From Trichoplax adhaerens (taxonomy: Eukaryota > Animalia > Placozoa), in assembly GCF_000150275.1 (NCBI RefSeq), contig NW_002060944.1:4096123-4160122 (forward strand): a stretch of DNA of 64,000 nucleotides. Reading direction: 5' to 3'. Positions 1-13,600 of this stretch are shown piece after piece. Within the stretch, counting starts at the first letter, position 1, and every line of letters starts with the position of its first letter. Made by a program: the position numbers and the translations under genes. Under the pieces are notes generated by a model that was given only the letters and a program-made list of their open reading frames with translations, ran no database searches and was not told where the DNA came from.

Positions 1-2551
1 ACTTACAGCAAAACCAATAATAATTTTTTATTTGGAGAGTATTCAAAAATTTCATTTTTCTTCAACATTAAGTAAGATAGGTAAAGATTTCCTTGAGTAA
101 CTTCAGCTTATTAGTATAGTTTAAGACATTCGGAACCTATTTTCCGCTAAAATTCTACCTATACTTAAATATTTTCAAACAGAACAGTAACAGTGATCTA
201 AAGAATATACATAGACTACTGGATTTGTATAGCCTATGATTTATTCTATTGAAATAATACTGTAGACTAAGATATGCTTGACAGCTGGCTATAGTTTTTA
301 ATTTCTTATAAGTTTTAATTTTCCTTATTGCAAATTTCGTGTAATTTATTATGCGATCTATATGTAGTAACTTAATCATTACATCATGGACGGATAGCAG
401 CCTACGTTAACAGAATTTTCTATCGATCAACTTTTAAATAGAAGCATGTGCGATAAAGATCTGTATTTTCTTCCTATCTTTTTTTGGATACATACATTTG
501 ATATCTACTTTTGCCCCTGCGGCATAACTTAGAGCTATTTCATAAACCATCGAATCTTTATTGAAATTAGAACTTTTAAATAAGGAGAAATGCTCACTCA
601 AATCCAAACAGGATAATACGGATGCAATTCGAAGATGGATAACACAAGTACACAATATCTAACTGTAGATAGTTTTTTGGTTTGTTTATTGCTAATCAAA
701 GACTATTACCAGCATACAAGGCATAAAATTAAGTTAGCTACTACTTTAATTTTATCTAATAGAATTGATTAGCTATAGAGAGTAAACGAAATATATTAAT
801 TTATCGGTAGAAAAGCAATTTACAGGGATAAAGAGGGTACAATAAATGCAAGACAGAAAGGGTGATTCAATAATTGTAAACGAAATTAGATGAAGGTATA
901 TCATGTAACAAATGCTAAATTTCCGAAAGATTATATTCACTTATTATTTCATATAAGTTAACGGTTGTGTTTTAACAGTAATTTTAATCGTCGTCTCTAA
1001 ATTTTTATCATTTTCATAATTGACGAAATTTCAATTATTGCGTTAAGATCACAGTATTAACCGGCAAAAAGTACAGTAATCTGATACTGACTACAACTAA
1101 GGGTGTCAGAGGTTCTAACAGCAATCATCAAGGAATCCAAAGGTCAATTCTATTCCTTTCAAAATATAAGCCATAATGATCAACTAACATGTAATAGATG
1201 AAGACATAGAAAAACAGTAAGTATCTTGATATTACTAATTAATTATTGTACAAACTCACGTTCTCTTGCCATGACTGGCTCTGCAGGAGTAATTTCAAGA
1301 TCAAATGCTTTCTGCTGGAATAATGATGATTGCATAATAACTCATAGAGATAATTATACTAATTTTAACCAATGCTGTTTACTTGAAAATAGAAATGGTT
1401 ACTATTACCATCTGCTAGTCCTTCCCAACAATAGAAAGCTCAATTCTAAATATTTTCTTTTAATGTATTATACGCAGGAACTCAGGTTGATCGCATTACT
1501 TGCATAATTTGTTGACGGTATAATTATATCAAAATCGTTATAATAACATATGTTCAAGCAGTTTGGCCATAATTCGAGAATGATCTACTGTTGCATTACT
1601 GCTAAACAAATACGGCCTAATATCGTGCAAGATAGACTACGGTCAACAGTTTGTAGAATAGACTGTTTAGAAAAGATGTAATCTATATTTTGTAAATCAT
1701 GGACCATATACAATACGCGTAAAAGGGATTAAAGGACAATTGCAGTCTTTAAGGAACTGTGAAATAAGTATAACGCAACAGCCTGATCAAATTGATTGAC
1801 ATTATATAGTATTATATGCTATTCAATAATTCAGGATTATCGATCCAAGTCAGCAAACTTTGGCTAGAAATACCAATATGAGCCATAAACAACTCATAAT
1901 ATTTCTCCTACAAGCAATCTTACTGTATTTCTGCGCCGACATCCCTGTATTAAGTAATATTCTCCTGTATTTATCATAGCGCACATAACTTTATAATGTA
2001 CTTCTAACAATGTCTCATATTTTCAATATGATAGTTAGGCAATAGAGACTTCTCTCTGCTCGATTAACAACAATGAAATATTTAACACAGGTCATTTCTT
2101 GGGTATTGTATACAGACTGTTTGCTCGCACATTAATCAACAGGAAATTTATCGAAGTATAAGCTTAGATTACCTTCAAACTGTAATACAAAGAATTTAGC
2201 GAATTTCGGATTCCAAAATTAGTGAACATTAACAACTAAAATCTGACTAGCTGCTGTATAAAGATACTAATATATTTATTGGAAAGTACAATTTTAAAGC
2301 TCACATCTCCGAGTGCTATTAGAATATTAGCATGAATTGTCCGCTCATCATTTACTGGTATAGTACTAGCTTCAATAATTAATGCCATAGATGAGTAAAT
2401 TGCATTTGATTTAGAGGTTTATAAGATATAGAAAGCTATTTTTGAGTTCATGTTAAATGATAAAGTCCAAACCATAAAGTTAAAACTGGCTGATGAATAA
2501 TCTAAGATTTTCATCGATTTCTTCGTCCATGGAAATGTAAACGTATCTAAA

Positions 2552-2990
2552 GCCTTTGTCAATAATTAAACATTAAATCCAGCTGATGTTGTTTGTCTCA
2601 TCAAAAAAATCGAAGTGGCAGCTATAGACACGGTAGTAATCAACCATTAGTTCGTTAGTCGTGTCCTTATTTTTCCTATTTCTACGTAAACAAATTCGAT
2701 GTCTTTGTCAATAATTAATAAAACAAATCAAAATTTAGCCGACGTTGTTTATGTAATCAAAATAATCGATATGATGGCTATAAATAAGGTAGTAATCAAT
2801 CATTACTTTTAAAGTTATGTCCTTATTTTCCTATTCCCTCGCTCTATACCGGCGCGTCACTATTTTAAGGTTTTACCTAAATGCAAATAAGTTGATTTAG
2901 CTAGTATTATTTATATGGCGAAGAAAAACAGGAATAGCAAGCACGGCAACGGTAGTGGTGACCATTTAGCTTTTAAATAAGCAATTTCCT
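2552..2990. repeat. Degenerate tandem repeat, ~150-170-bp unit, 2 clear copies plus 1 weak copy
   Basis: ctttgtcaataattaa...ggtagtaatcaa(c/t)catta...gtccttatttt(t)cctatt occurs at ~2553 and ~2703. A weaker copy (ggtagtggtgaccatt) lies near 2895-2990. Confidence 0.75.
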
Positions 2991-4051
2991 TTTGTTTTTC
3001 GCCTCTATATTCTATTGTATATTATCAGGAAGTAATTTTAATGCAGGGAAAAAACGATCTTGTTTTTCGTTGGATAATATAATCTAAAATGGATTAACTT
3101 TAATAGTAAAATACTTGCTATCTATTCGCATTTTTGTACAGAATCTGTCGTCACTGCATCTGATGCTTGTACTAGTAATATTAGATATTTACTCAGTTAA
3201 TCTATAATAAAAGATAGAGAAAATAGTAAGAAAAAATTATCGAATTGTCCTTATTTTTATCCTTTGCTAAATTTCGGTAACTATTAATCAAAATTTAGTC
3301 TTGATATCTAAACGTTTCTAGTACTAGTATAACTAATTGCCATGTTATGATCAATTTTTATAAATTGAAATTGATCGTAGCAAATATTTCAGAGTTGACC
3401 AGATTATATCCTCTTCCTGACTCGAGTCTATAAAATGGGATAGGGATCCGTCGAATATACTGTATAGCATTAAGTAAATTGCCAACAGATGGACATTGCA
3501 CGCTATGCTTTGGCTTCTTATTACCTTAACTTTAGATTAATTATTTCTTCTCAATAATGAAAAGAACTGAGAGTAAATCAAGCATAACCTTAGTGTTCAC
3601 GTGCATTAATTATCATTATTATTATAAATACCATCATGATTAATTATTAATGGTCAAACTTGCTACTCTAATATACTTATACTTTCAAGTTCAATAGACA
3701 ATTATAACTAAAGTTAATCACCTTTTATTTTGTTAATGTATAGGGATTTATTATATAAATAATAAGGTGGTGTTACGATTTAGACTTACGGAAATAAGAG
3801 TAATTGGGTCCTCCTTATTGGGGTTTATTTTAACTGGCTTCTAGCCATTGCCAATATTTCAATTGTGATATAGATTTTTCTTATAGTAAGAAACCTGTTT
3901 TCTGTAAGGAGTCAAAAGCGGAGACTAAGTTTGCAACTCTATTATAGGCTCTGATTGATTGGAACTGCACTCTTTCATATATGTTAAATCTACGCAATTC
4001 TTGCCACCCATTGATTACATAATTATAACGATCTTTAGTAAATCAATGTTT

Positions 4052-4540
4052 GTAAATACTTTAACTCCGCCTTAAACTCTTATTTAAATCAGTTCTTGAT
4101 ATTTACAACTATCGCGATGTTTTGTAAAGGATTTAAGGTAGCCAAACTGTCTTCTATATTTAATTAAATGAATTGGCAATTATGGATTATAATTACTAGA
4201 GTTGAATTTCGGTGTGGGCATTCGGTGAACACTCAAACGCTTTTGCGGTCAACTAGAAGTTAAAGTAATCCAAGTCAACCCAACAGAAATATTTTACTAA
4301 TGTAAAATCCTATTTTTCTTTTTAATCCACACCCAATGTAATAAAATACTTTAACTCCGCCCTAAAATGATTCGATTTAATCACTGCAGTTCTTGATATT
4401 TACGAATATCATCATAATTTTTGATAGACTTTTTCTTATAGTGCTAGATAAAAAACAATTTATGCATATTCAATGTGTCATATAGGATCGTAGTTTAACT
4501 CCGCTTCGAAATGGATTATATTAAAATCTGCTCTAGATCT
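4052..4540. repeat. Dispersed ~60-bp direct repeats (2 clear, 1 weak)
   Basis: aaatactttaactccgcc...cagttcttgatatttac at ~4054 and ~4345; tttaactccgc at ~4494. Confidence 0.7.
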
Positions 4541-4930
4541 ATCCATTAGCATCATTTAGGCTCTCAACAATAAAGATTACTACATTGACATATTACTCTT
4601 CCCGGTTGTAACTAGCTCTTGCCATATCAACATCCAACATGATCATCGTAGTATAAAAGTAAACTTATATGCGATAATTGATAGCGTGGTTACTAGAATC
4701 CGTAATACCTACCGTATGTAACTTGATTTCCTAAGAATAATTTTGTCATTTCTACTAAGCAACTACACGACCATCATCATTCCGACTGCGTATATATTAT
4801 ACATAATACGATTATTTTAGTCCATATTGAAATGTATCTGTACCATTCCATTGGACAAAATTAGTTTAAAACTACAAGATATTCCATTACTGTTCGCATG
4901 CATATCATGTCTATCCTTTCTGTTCTACGA

Positions 4931-5552
4931 TATCCAAGTTGAGCAGGATCGAAATAGCAGCTTTTAATTACCACTCAGGCGTAGGAAATAAAAATAAACC
5001 TCTTGCCACTCAATATAGCAATGTGTGATATGAAAGGTGAAAATATTTTTACACTAGGGCTCCATTGATAATTAAAATCACAGGTTAATTAATTTGTTTA
5101 TTCTCCTGATTTTCTAGAATTTACATGCTAACCGGATTAGAATTATAATATAATCACTGTAGCATAGAAATAAACTTATTCACGATAACCGATAGAGTAA
5201 TTATAATAACTGGTGATACCACAAGTAACTTAGTTTCCAAAAAATAATCCTGTCATTCATGCAAAGTAATTATACGATTATTCTGATTGCATACAGATTA
5301 TAGATATACAGTACGATCACAGTCTCATCTAGCATGTCCAAGTTAGCAGGGTCGAAATAATGACTTTTAATTATCGCTCTAGCGTAAAGAGTAAAAATAA
5401 ACCTCTTATTGCTCAGAATATAACAACATAGGGTATGAAAGGGTGAAAATAAATTTACCTTACTGCTCTATTGACAATTAATATATTAAAATCACAGGTT
5501 AATTAATTGTTGATTTTTCTAGGACTTGTAGGTTAATGGGATTTGAATTACA
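4931..5552. repeat. Degenerate direct duplication of ~220 bp (about 4931-5148 and 5335-5552)
   Basis: Shared blocks occur in the same order: tccaagtt..gcagg.tcgaaata, cttttaatta, aaaaataaacctctt, tatgaaagg.tgaaaata, ttaaaatcacaggttaattaatt. Confidence 0.8.
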
Positions 5553-5859
5553 ATAAAATTTACCTTTTCAAATACTTACGTAGCCTATTCACTATTGATA
5601 CTGAAATGAATCTGCTATAAATAGATCAACGCAGAATAAGAATAAGAAAGTATGAATGAAAGTCAAACTGAGCTTAAAATTGATCCTATGTTTATCAGAA
5701 TCGTGATATTTATCTGATAAAATTGTTAACTCATGATCCTCGCATCATAATGTTCTAAAAGTTTTTCAATACTATAATTTTATAACTAATAACTGTAAAA
5801 ATATTTTCAGCATCTTGTATTGAAAGATTAATATTATGATGAGAAGTATAAAGAAAGCT

Positions 5860-6880
5860 TTCATTCCTTTTACGTTATTATCAAGACAAGAGTAGTTTAG
5901 TATTTCCTACCTATTATTTAAAACTTCATATTCATCATGTCCAGATTCGTATTTGTCATGCAAATGATGGCTTGTGGTCAGTATTCGAAGAGTAAAAACA
6001 AATTGTTTGCTTTTCTTCGTGTTGATCGCTAAACAAGAATAGTTTAAATTTTAATCTCTTGCGTGCAGTTTGATATCCCGTCTTCCGGCTATTATTTAAA
6101 AGATCTACACTCAGAACGCCGAAATTTGTATTTGTCATGCAAATAATAACTTCTAGTTAGTATTAATTAAAAATTAACTAAGGCATTGATGTTTATTCGT
6201 CATGATAGCGAGAGAAGAATAGTCTGCAATTCAATCGTCCGGGTATTATTCTGTAATTATTTTTATCACGTCTAATATTATGCTTGTCATACGTTACTAA
6301 TAATGCCTTGATAAAAATAAGAAATAAAGTATTCATCTTTCTTCGTCAGCAAGACAAGAATAATTGCATTTCCTGACTACTATTTTGGAATCTATTTTCT
6401 CTAAGTCTAAAAATTATACTCATTATGCTAACGTTGATTGGTGGTTAATTTTGATAAGAAAGGAATCATCCGTCCTTCTCCATCCTGTTAGAAAGACAAG
6501 AATAACTGAACATTCTAAATATCTAGCCATTATTCTAAAGTCTACATTATTTAATACCCATCACGCCTAAAATTACGTTAGTCATTCAAATAAACATTAT
6601 AATTTAATAAAAACAAGAAATTTACTGATAAAATAATCATTTTTCTCTTTCGATTTGATAGCAAGATAGGAACAACTGAGTATTTCTAAATATTATATTT
6701 GAAGATTCATTATACCAATATTGACTTATGCGTACAGTTCCCTTACGTACGAAATCAACGGTTCATTTTCTCTCACTTGAATATCAAAGCTACTTTAAAA
6801 TTCTAGGAATCTAGGTACTATTATAAAATCTATTTTCATCACACCTTCAATTCTATTTGTCATGCTAATGACGCCTTAAT
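5860..6880. repeat. Degenerate tandem array, ~150-180-bp period, about 6-7 copies
   Basis: The pattern aagacaagaata / ctattatt / gtatttgtcatgc(a/t)aat recurs at ~5883, 6032, 6212, 6350, 6492, 6662 and 6815-6870. Confidence 0.7.
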
Positions 6881-7658
6881 ATCCTCATTGTAATCAAGAA
6901 TCTTTCATCAACATCCATTAGTAAACAATAATCATCACGGTAACATGAGGATTAATCTATTGAAGGCGTTAAAAAAACAATCATTCAAATTCACCACATA
7001 TGTTGCAAGGTGATAACAATTAATTTGAGACAAAAATAAAGAGGATCATCCATTTATTTATAATCTACCGGTAAATCTTCCTTAGCAACAATGGATAAGA
7101 TAGCCGACGATAATCTCAAGCAGAAATAAGTATTGATTTCTTTTTAATGATGATATCAATAGAATTTACATAACACTAGTAGAAAAACAGAGCATAATCG
7201 AATGAGATTCGTATTTACAATCAAGATCAAATAACGGAAGTTAGATTGGATATGTCAAATTATCCTATAAACAAAATACTCATTCAGATCAATTTGTAAT
7301 TGATGACGGCTTTATAAACTAATCTATATACCATATTGGATACAATTTGCCATTAAGTAGTTATTCAATGACATATTGAAATTATCAACTTGTCTGACAT
7401 TGGTTATCTCGCATACCTCTGTCATTCTTATTCTCCAACTTCTTTACTGACAATTAATCAATAGAATATTGTACTATTAATTCAATTTTCTACTTTTTTG
7501 CTCATTTGCATTGAAATTGATCGACATCATCTAGGACTATCAATGTTTCTTAGATTAGATTGATTACGATCATAATTTCCATTAGTTAATTTACATTGTA
7601 GTAGTACTAATACGATTAAAATCTTGTAGGATAGGAAATTGATTGCTTAAATACAAAT

Positions 7659-10600
7659 ATGAAGATTAGCATAGATCGGAAATCGAATCTTTCGATACGC
7701 ATATTGATTATAATTGGTTTAGTAGTCCCCTATCATGCTGTTACGTTGAATCATGATGTTAAAGGATGGGCTACTACATTAGGCGAAGAGATGATGGTAT
7801 TCACCGAAAAAATTCTCTCACCTGGTAAAATTCAACGATTCTATGATGGAATTGATTATCAACAAAATTTAACATCAGCTGTAGCAATCGTTGAAGATTT
7901 AAGGAGGCAGTTGAATGCAAGTTTAGCAGATATCATCAAGTTTGTTCAATCAGCAAAAAGTAATATTGAATCCGGTTACTCATCCAAGCAAGCTCAATCA
8001 TCGACCAGTTATCAACTATGCTGCAATCCAATTAATTTAAGATTTAATAAAGAATTAAATGATAAAATCAATTTATCATCGCCATGCATCACTTTTCCGG
8101 TGGAAACAACGCAGAGTTATATACCTAATTCTTTAAAATTGGCCTATCGACAAAATTTCGCCGACAATTTATCTGTTAAATGGCAATATTTTGCTGGAGC
8201 GGATAACATTTTCTATCAATATCCAACAACCCAAAGATATTGCAAAACGAATTATACCACTGAGACCAAATTCAAGTAAGAATAGCTTATTATAATTTAT
8301 TAATATCATGATCAGAATATATTGCGAAATAATCATTCCTAGAGCTTAAATTAGGATGATAGATTTTATAGAAGTTAACATTATATCGGTCCTACACTTT
8401 CATATTTCATGTTGACTGATTTTATTCCTCCGGGTATACGTAATAAAAATTTTCGAAGCTAGTTGTAGTACCTGAAGAAAGCACTCCAGTAAAAATTATT
8501 CCACGTAGATGTCCGAATAAGAAATTGATTTATTGCATCATATAGCTTCTTACCATTAAGTTAAATTAGTATAAAGATACACGCATGTTTAATTTGAATA
8601 TATTTAGAGCGAGTACGTGAGTACGCACTGCGTGACTCAATTTTCAGTCCTACAAATATATGACAGGACTTAGAAAATATGTTATCATTATAAAGTCTAA
8701 ATTCTTCTAGTAGATTAGCTCTGAAATAATAATTTAAAACCTAGCAAGATTCAATTTGGGTTATGCGACCTGGTATAGTAAAATTTTAAGATAAATAGCA
8801 AATAAATGACAAAATTATAGATACCAAGCTGTTAATAACACTTTACCCTATAATTACGCCACGCACGATCTAACTCTTTTGCAAATTACAGTAGTCTGCT
8901 ATACTAAAGTATTTCAGGATAATATTTCACACAGGCAGTCAAAATTAAAAGTCTACGTTTATTTATAATCCTTTCTAATTTCTGAAGAAGATCTTAAGCG
9001 CATTCATTTAAACATCTAATAATATCGCTTGTGTTGGTCCTAAATTTTCAGAAATTTAGTCTTACTCTTCATTCAAAAATACTGTATTTAAATAATACAG
9101 AATTTCTTCACCACACACACTAAAACACTATAACATTGGCCATTTATTTTATTCTCTATTTACAGGCAATGGTATGTTAATGCTGCATCACCAAGTTCCA
9201 AGCGCTTGGTATTAGTGTTGGATAGAAGTGGATCAATGTCTGGTGATCGATTTTTGAAAGTTAAGGAAGCAGCTACAGCTGTTCTAGACAGTCTTGGACC
9301 AAATGATGAGGTTAATATATGCACTGTATGGAAAACATGCCTAAAATATTTTGTTACTTGTAGAATATCACTTTTCTAATATTATCTACGTAGTACATAA
9401 ATGTTTAAAAAATAGAACACTGAACCTAGACGTTCCAAAGTTTTATCTAAATTAAATAATTATATTTAGAGCATGCATACGGCAATATCAGAGTTAAATA
9501 ATAGTGGCATAATATCCAATTTCAGTAATCTTCAAGTAATCATTTCATATAAATTACATGAGATATTTGCAACAACTTGCAGAATATATCACTCCATTGC
9601 GGTAGTTTCTTAATAAACAACTTACGGCTAATAGAACACTAAAGTTGAGATTTTCAAACGAGTAGTCGTAAAAGAATTTTTAATTGGAGTATACCTACAG
9701 TATTATCATAGTTCGAATAGTATTGTCGTAATATCAAGTCTAAAATCTACAATTAGAAATGATCATTCCACATTTAAAACTAGTAGTGTTTAATAAATAT
9801 TATGAAATTAAATACAATTACATGGTAAAAACTTTCTATTCATGATGGTATCAATATATTGATAGATTGGAGTCATTGCTTTTGACGATGAAATCAGAAT
9901 TCATGGAGGTTGCAAAGTAACCACAGTTTCACCAGCAACACCACAGTCTATAATATTTCTTAAAGATTTCATTAACAACAAAATTCAACCAGAATTTGGT
10001 AAATTTAATACTCTTCATTACAAGCAATTTTAAAAACTTTTAGATCATCAACTTAGAAAGCAATATTTATGTTGAAAATAAGAAATACAATAAGCATCAT
10101 CTTCCATTAACTTTACGTTTACTGCTTGATATTAAATTCAGGGAGTACTGGCTACGTACCAGCCTTGAAACATGCCTTTGATATGTTGTCCACGAATATG
10201 ACATCTAAGGTCTAGCAATAATTCTATAATTAAATAATAGGTTTCTAGATATATCATTAAGGGGAAAAGTATTTTCTTGACCATTTATTTCTATAATTCA
10301 GCCCCATAATGTAGGAAAATGTTAGGCTATTATTTATTAACCTGACAGAATTATCAAGCAGGCGTAAGATAAAAACTAATAATCTTAACCTTCTTATATT
10401 GGATACTGACAGGCTAAAACGAAAACCAACCTTATTGTATTTCTAACGGATGGTCATCCAGATGAACCAGAGTCTCAGATTTTGGATGTTATAAAGAACA
10501 GAAATGAGGCCTTGGTATGAATAATTTTACAATTGATGGGCATTATATATAGTAAAACAACAGTTTTATTCATTAAAAATTACCTAGGAATCCGTTCTTA

Positions 10601-13600
10601 ATTACAACTATTGAGTGTCGAGACAGCAAAAAATTTGTCCTAATCAATCCTAGCTCTCATACTGAGAGTTATTTTAGAATAATCCAGCACAATTTTTAAT
10701 CTTCCTTTCCGGGATTCTGTTTCTCTTCCTGAAACTTATTCTAGAACAATTCTGTGCTAATTTTCACCTACGGTTTTGGAAATCTGAATAATGACGGAAG
10801 ATCAATATTGACAAAAATGGCGACTCAAAACCACGATTTTTCATGGGGAAATCCTATCAAAGTGTGTAAAGATAACATATCTATAATATTATGCTTTAGA
10901 TAGTGTTCTAAATAAGTCTTCTATATATTACGCAAAGTATCCAAAGCCCTATGGACCCAACGGTACTATGACTTATCTAATGGACTACTCTGGCCATCGA
11001 TTAAGAAATCAGATGGGAACATATTACATGAACTTACGGGAATATTCTATCGATATTCAATATACTGTTCCTTATTACGATATAACCTTAGGTAAAAGAT
11101 TTTAATGAATATTCTCTTATAATTCAGATACTACAGCTACAAGATTTTCTATAAACGAGTAGTATGCACTTACATAATTATTAATTACTTTCATGTACAG
11201 GATCCGGATTATTTTTTACGATGTCCATAGCTTGCTACGACTCCAATGAATTGATAGGAGTAGTTGCAAGTGATGTATCACTCATCGAATTATTCCAAAG
11301 ACTTCCCTACTTTCGCTATGGGAAATATTCATATGCTTTCCTAATCGATAAGCAAGGTAAAATTAGCTAATCTTATGAGCTATAGTTACAAAGAAAATGT
11401 TGAAAATCCAATTACTAACTCGAACGCTTCTTAAAATAAATCTATTGACAACATGAGATAATTATAATAACTCTTAGCTTGAAATTTTAAAATAAAAGGT
11501 CGACTATTGATACATCCTAAACAAGCCTATGCAACGAAAACCAATCCTATGCCTAGTATTTTGCAATTGGAAACGATGGAACCAGAATTTATTCAAGTAG
11601 CTGGGATCAATACGATTTTAGATGGAGAAGGAGGAGAAATTTCAGTATTTGTAAGTTATTAAACTTTTGTTAATTTGAGTGGCTTTTACAAGTTATTCCC
11701 AAATTATCCCAATTATTTTAACAATTATTTTAACAATTATTAGTAAGATGATGTGCTACGCTATTCATGATTAAATATAAAGCTGCAATAATTCTAATGA
11801 TTTAGAAAATGTAGTAACATGTCTATCCAAAAACTATGTATCAATGTCATTTTTTATATCAGGCACCCCTTTATCTTGCAAATGGTAAAGATCCGGCTGA
11901 TGGTAGCCAAGTATTATTTAAGAATCTTACCTATGTCTGGCGCCCAATACCAAAGTCCCCATTTATTGTTGTGGGCGTATTTCCAATAGAAGATTACGTT
12001 CAAAATAAAGCCCAAAACGTGAGTGAAATGACAAATTTTAATGTTAATGTCACATCTAGAACCTTCCCAATTCTACGCTATATAGACTTTGTTATCGCAT
12101 TTTAAATATCTACGGTTCCGTAATGCATAAAATATCTAACACTTTGACTATTAACAGTTGTAGATATTCAATGAATGAGCGTTTTTATGCTATAAAACAA
12201 TCCTAATATTAACATGAATTATTTCATCCCTAAGGTGTATTGGCAGTCATTTGATGAGCCAGCTAATTATCACAATTTGGATAATGAATCCATTGCTAAT
12301 GGAATCAATATTTGCCTGCTAAACACGATAGCACTCTCTCCTAATAATTCAACCGTTAAGGTAATATCTATTCATCCAATCTGAGATCTCTACAAATTGA
12401 TTATCTAAGGTATTCCATTTGCAAGATAAGAAATAATTAACTTCACGATATTAAATTCCGTCTTTACCATCTTTACAAAACAATCATTATGACTAGCTGG
12501 CTCCTGGTAGTTTCGTGCTCCCACTAAGCTATATCGTCTATGGTGAAACAGAAAGGCTGAAATTAAATATTCAACAATATTTGAATAGCAATGCAACTAA
12601 CAATACCAATACAAGTAGGTTATAAAGTCTTTAATACTCTGCATAATCAGGTAAATTAAATTTCGTAATCATAAGCTAAGATTGCAATTAAAATCTTGGT
12701 CATCTTGTTCCACTAACTTCCTACTGTAGTCATCAATTCAGATGTTAAGCCAGATGTTATTACTACTGCCCATATCATTCCAACATGGCTGAAAAATAAA
12801 AAGTATAGTGAGGAAAATGGAGTTATATTTAGGTACAGTACGTCATAGTTATCATTTTTAAGTAGTAATAATACTGATATTAACATATATATTAGTATGT
12901 GAGCAACTCTTTCTCTTTTTATTTTTCTTTTACTGTTTTACTTCATATTATACATTTATGTTGTTATATTACTACTTAAAATAAATTAAGGGATAATCCA
13001 TATAATTTTGAACTCCACGTAACTAATATCTGCTGCGTTAGCAATGCGATATTTTATTAAGTAAAACAAGTTGTATTGGGTCATAATCAAGAGTGCTCAT
13101 AATATATTATGCGAAATCGATATTTACATCATTACTTTGAAGTCCTTCAAAATTTTATTGATAGCTTGGTAACTTTACTCAATTTTCCTAGATATATGGC
13201 AACTGAAAGTGGAGTATTCCGTATATTTCCTGGTGTAGAAGCGAATATGGAATATGATCCGAGGCTTGATAGTTGGTATCACAGATCATTAAAGAGCTAC
13301 TCCAAGATTACTGTATCATCACCGTTTAGCGAAAATGATAAAGCTTGGAATGGTTATGTTACTGTTAGTAAAACTATCTATCAAGGAAGGTATAGAGTGC
13401 TAGTTTTATCTCTTAACTTGTTTAATATATGATTTAAGAGGGTTCTATGGCCATAAAAATACCATATATATTCTTACAGAAAAGATCATTACCATCCTGG
13501 CAAAGGTGAAGTACCTGTTGGTGTTGCTGGCATGGATGTAACTTTTGGCCACTTTCGTAATGTGTTAATAACTGGGGTGAGAAATGATTTCTGAACGTCT

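Noticed and set aside
434-655. 73-aa minus-strand ORF that could be an exon of a gene at the window edge
   Set aside because: No recognisable homology, and I could not link it convincingly to other exons.
7075-7089. Possible X-box (atcttccttagcaac) upstream of the CACHD1-like gene
   Set aside because: Only one good half-site with off-consensus spacing, and the TSS is unknown.
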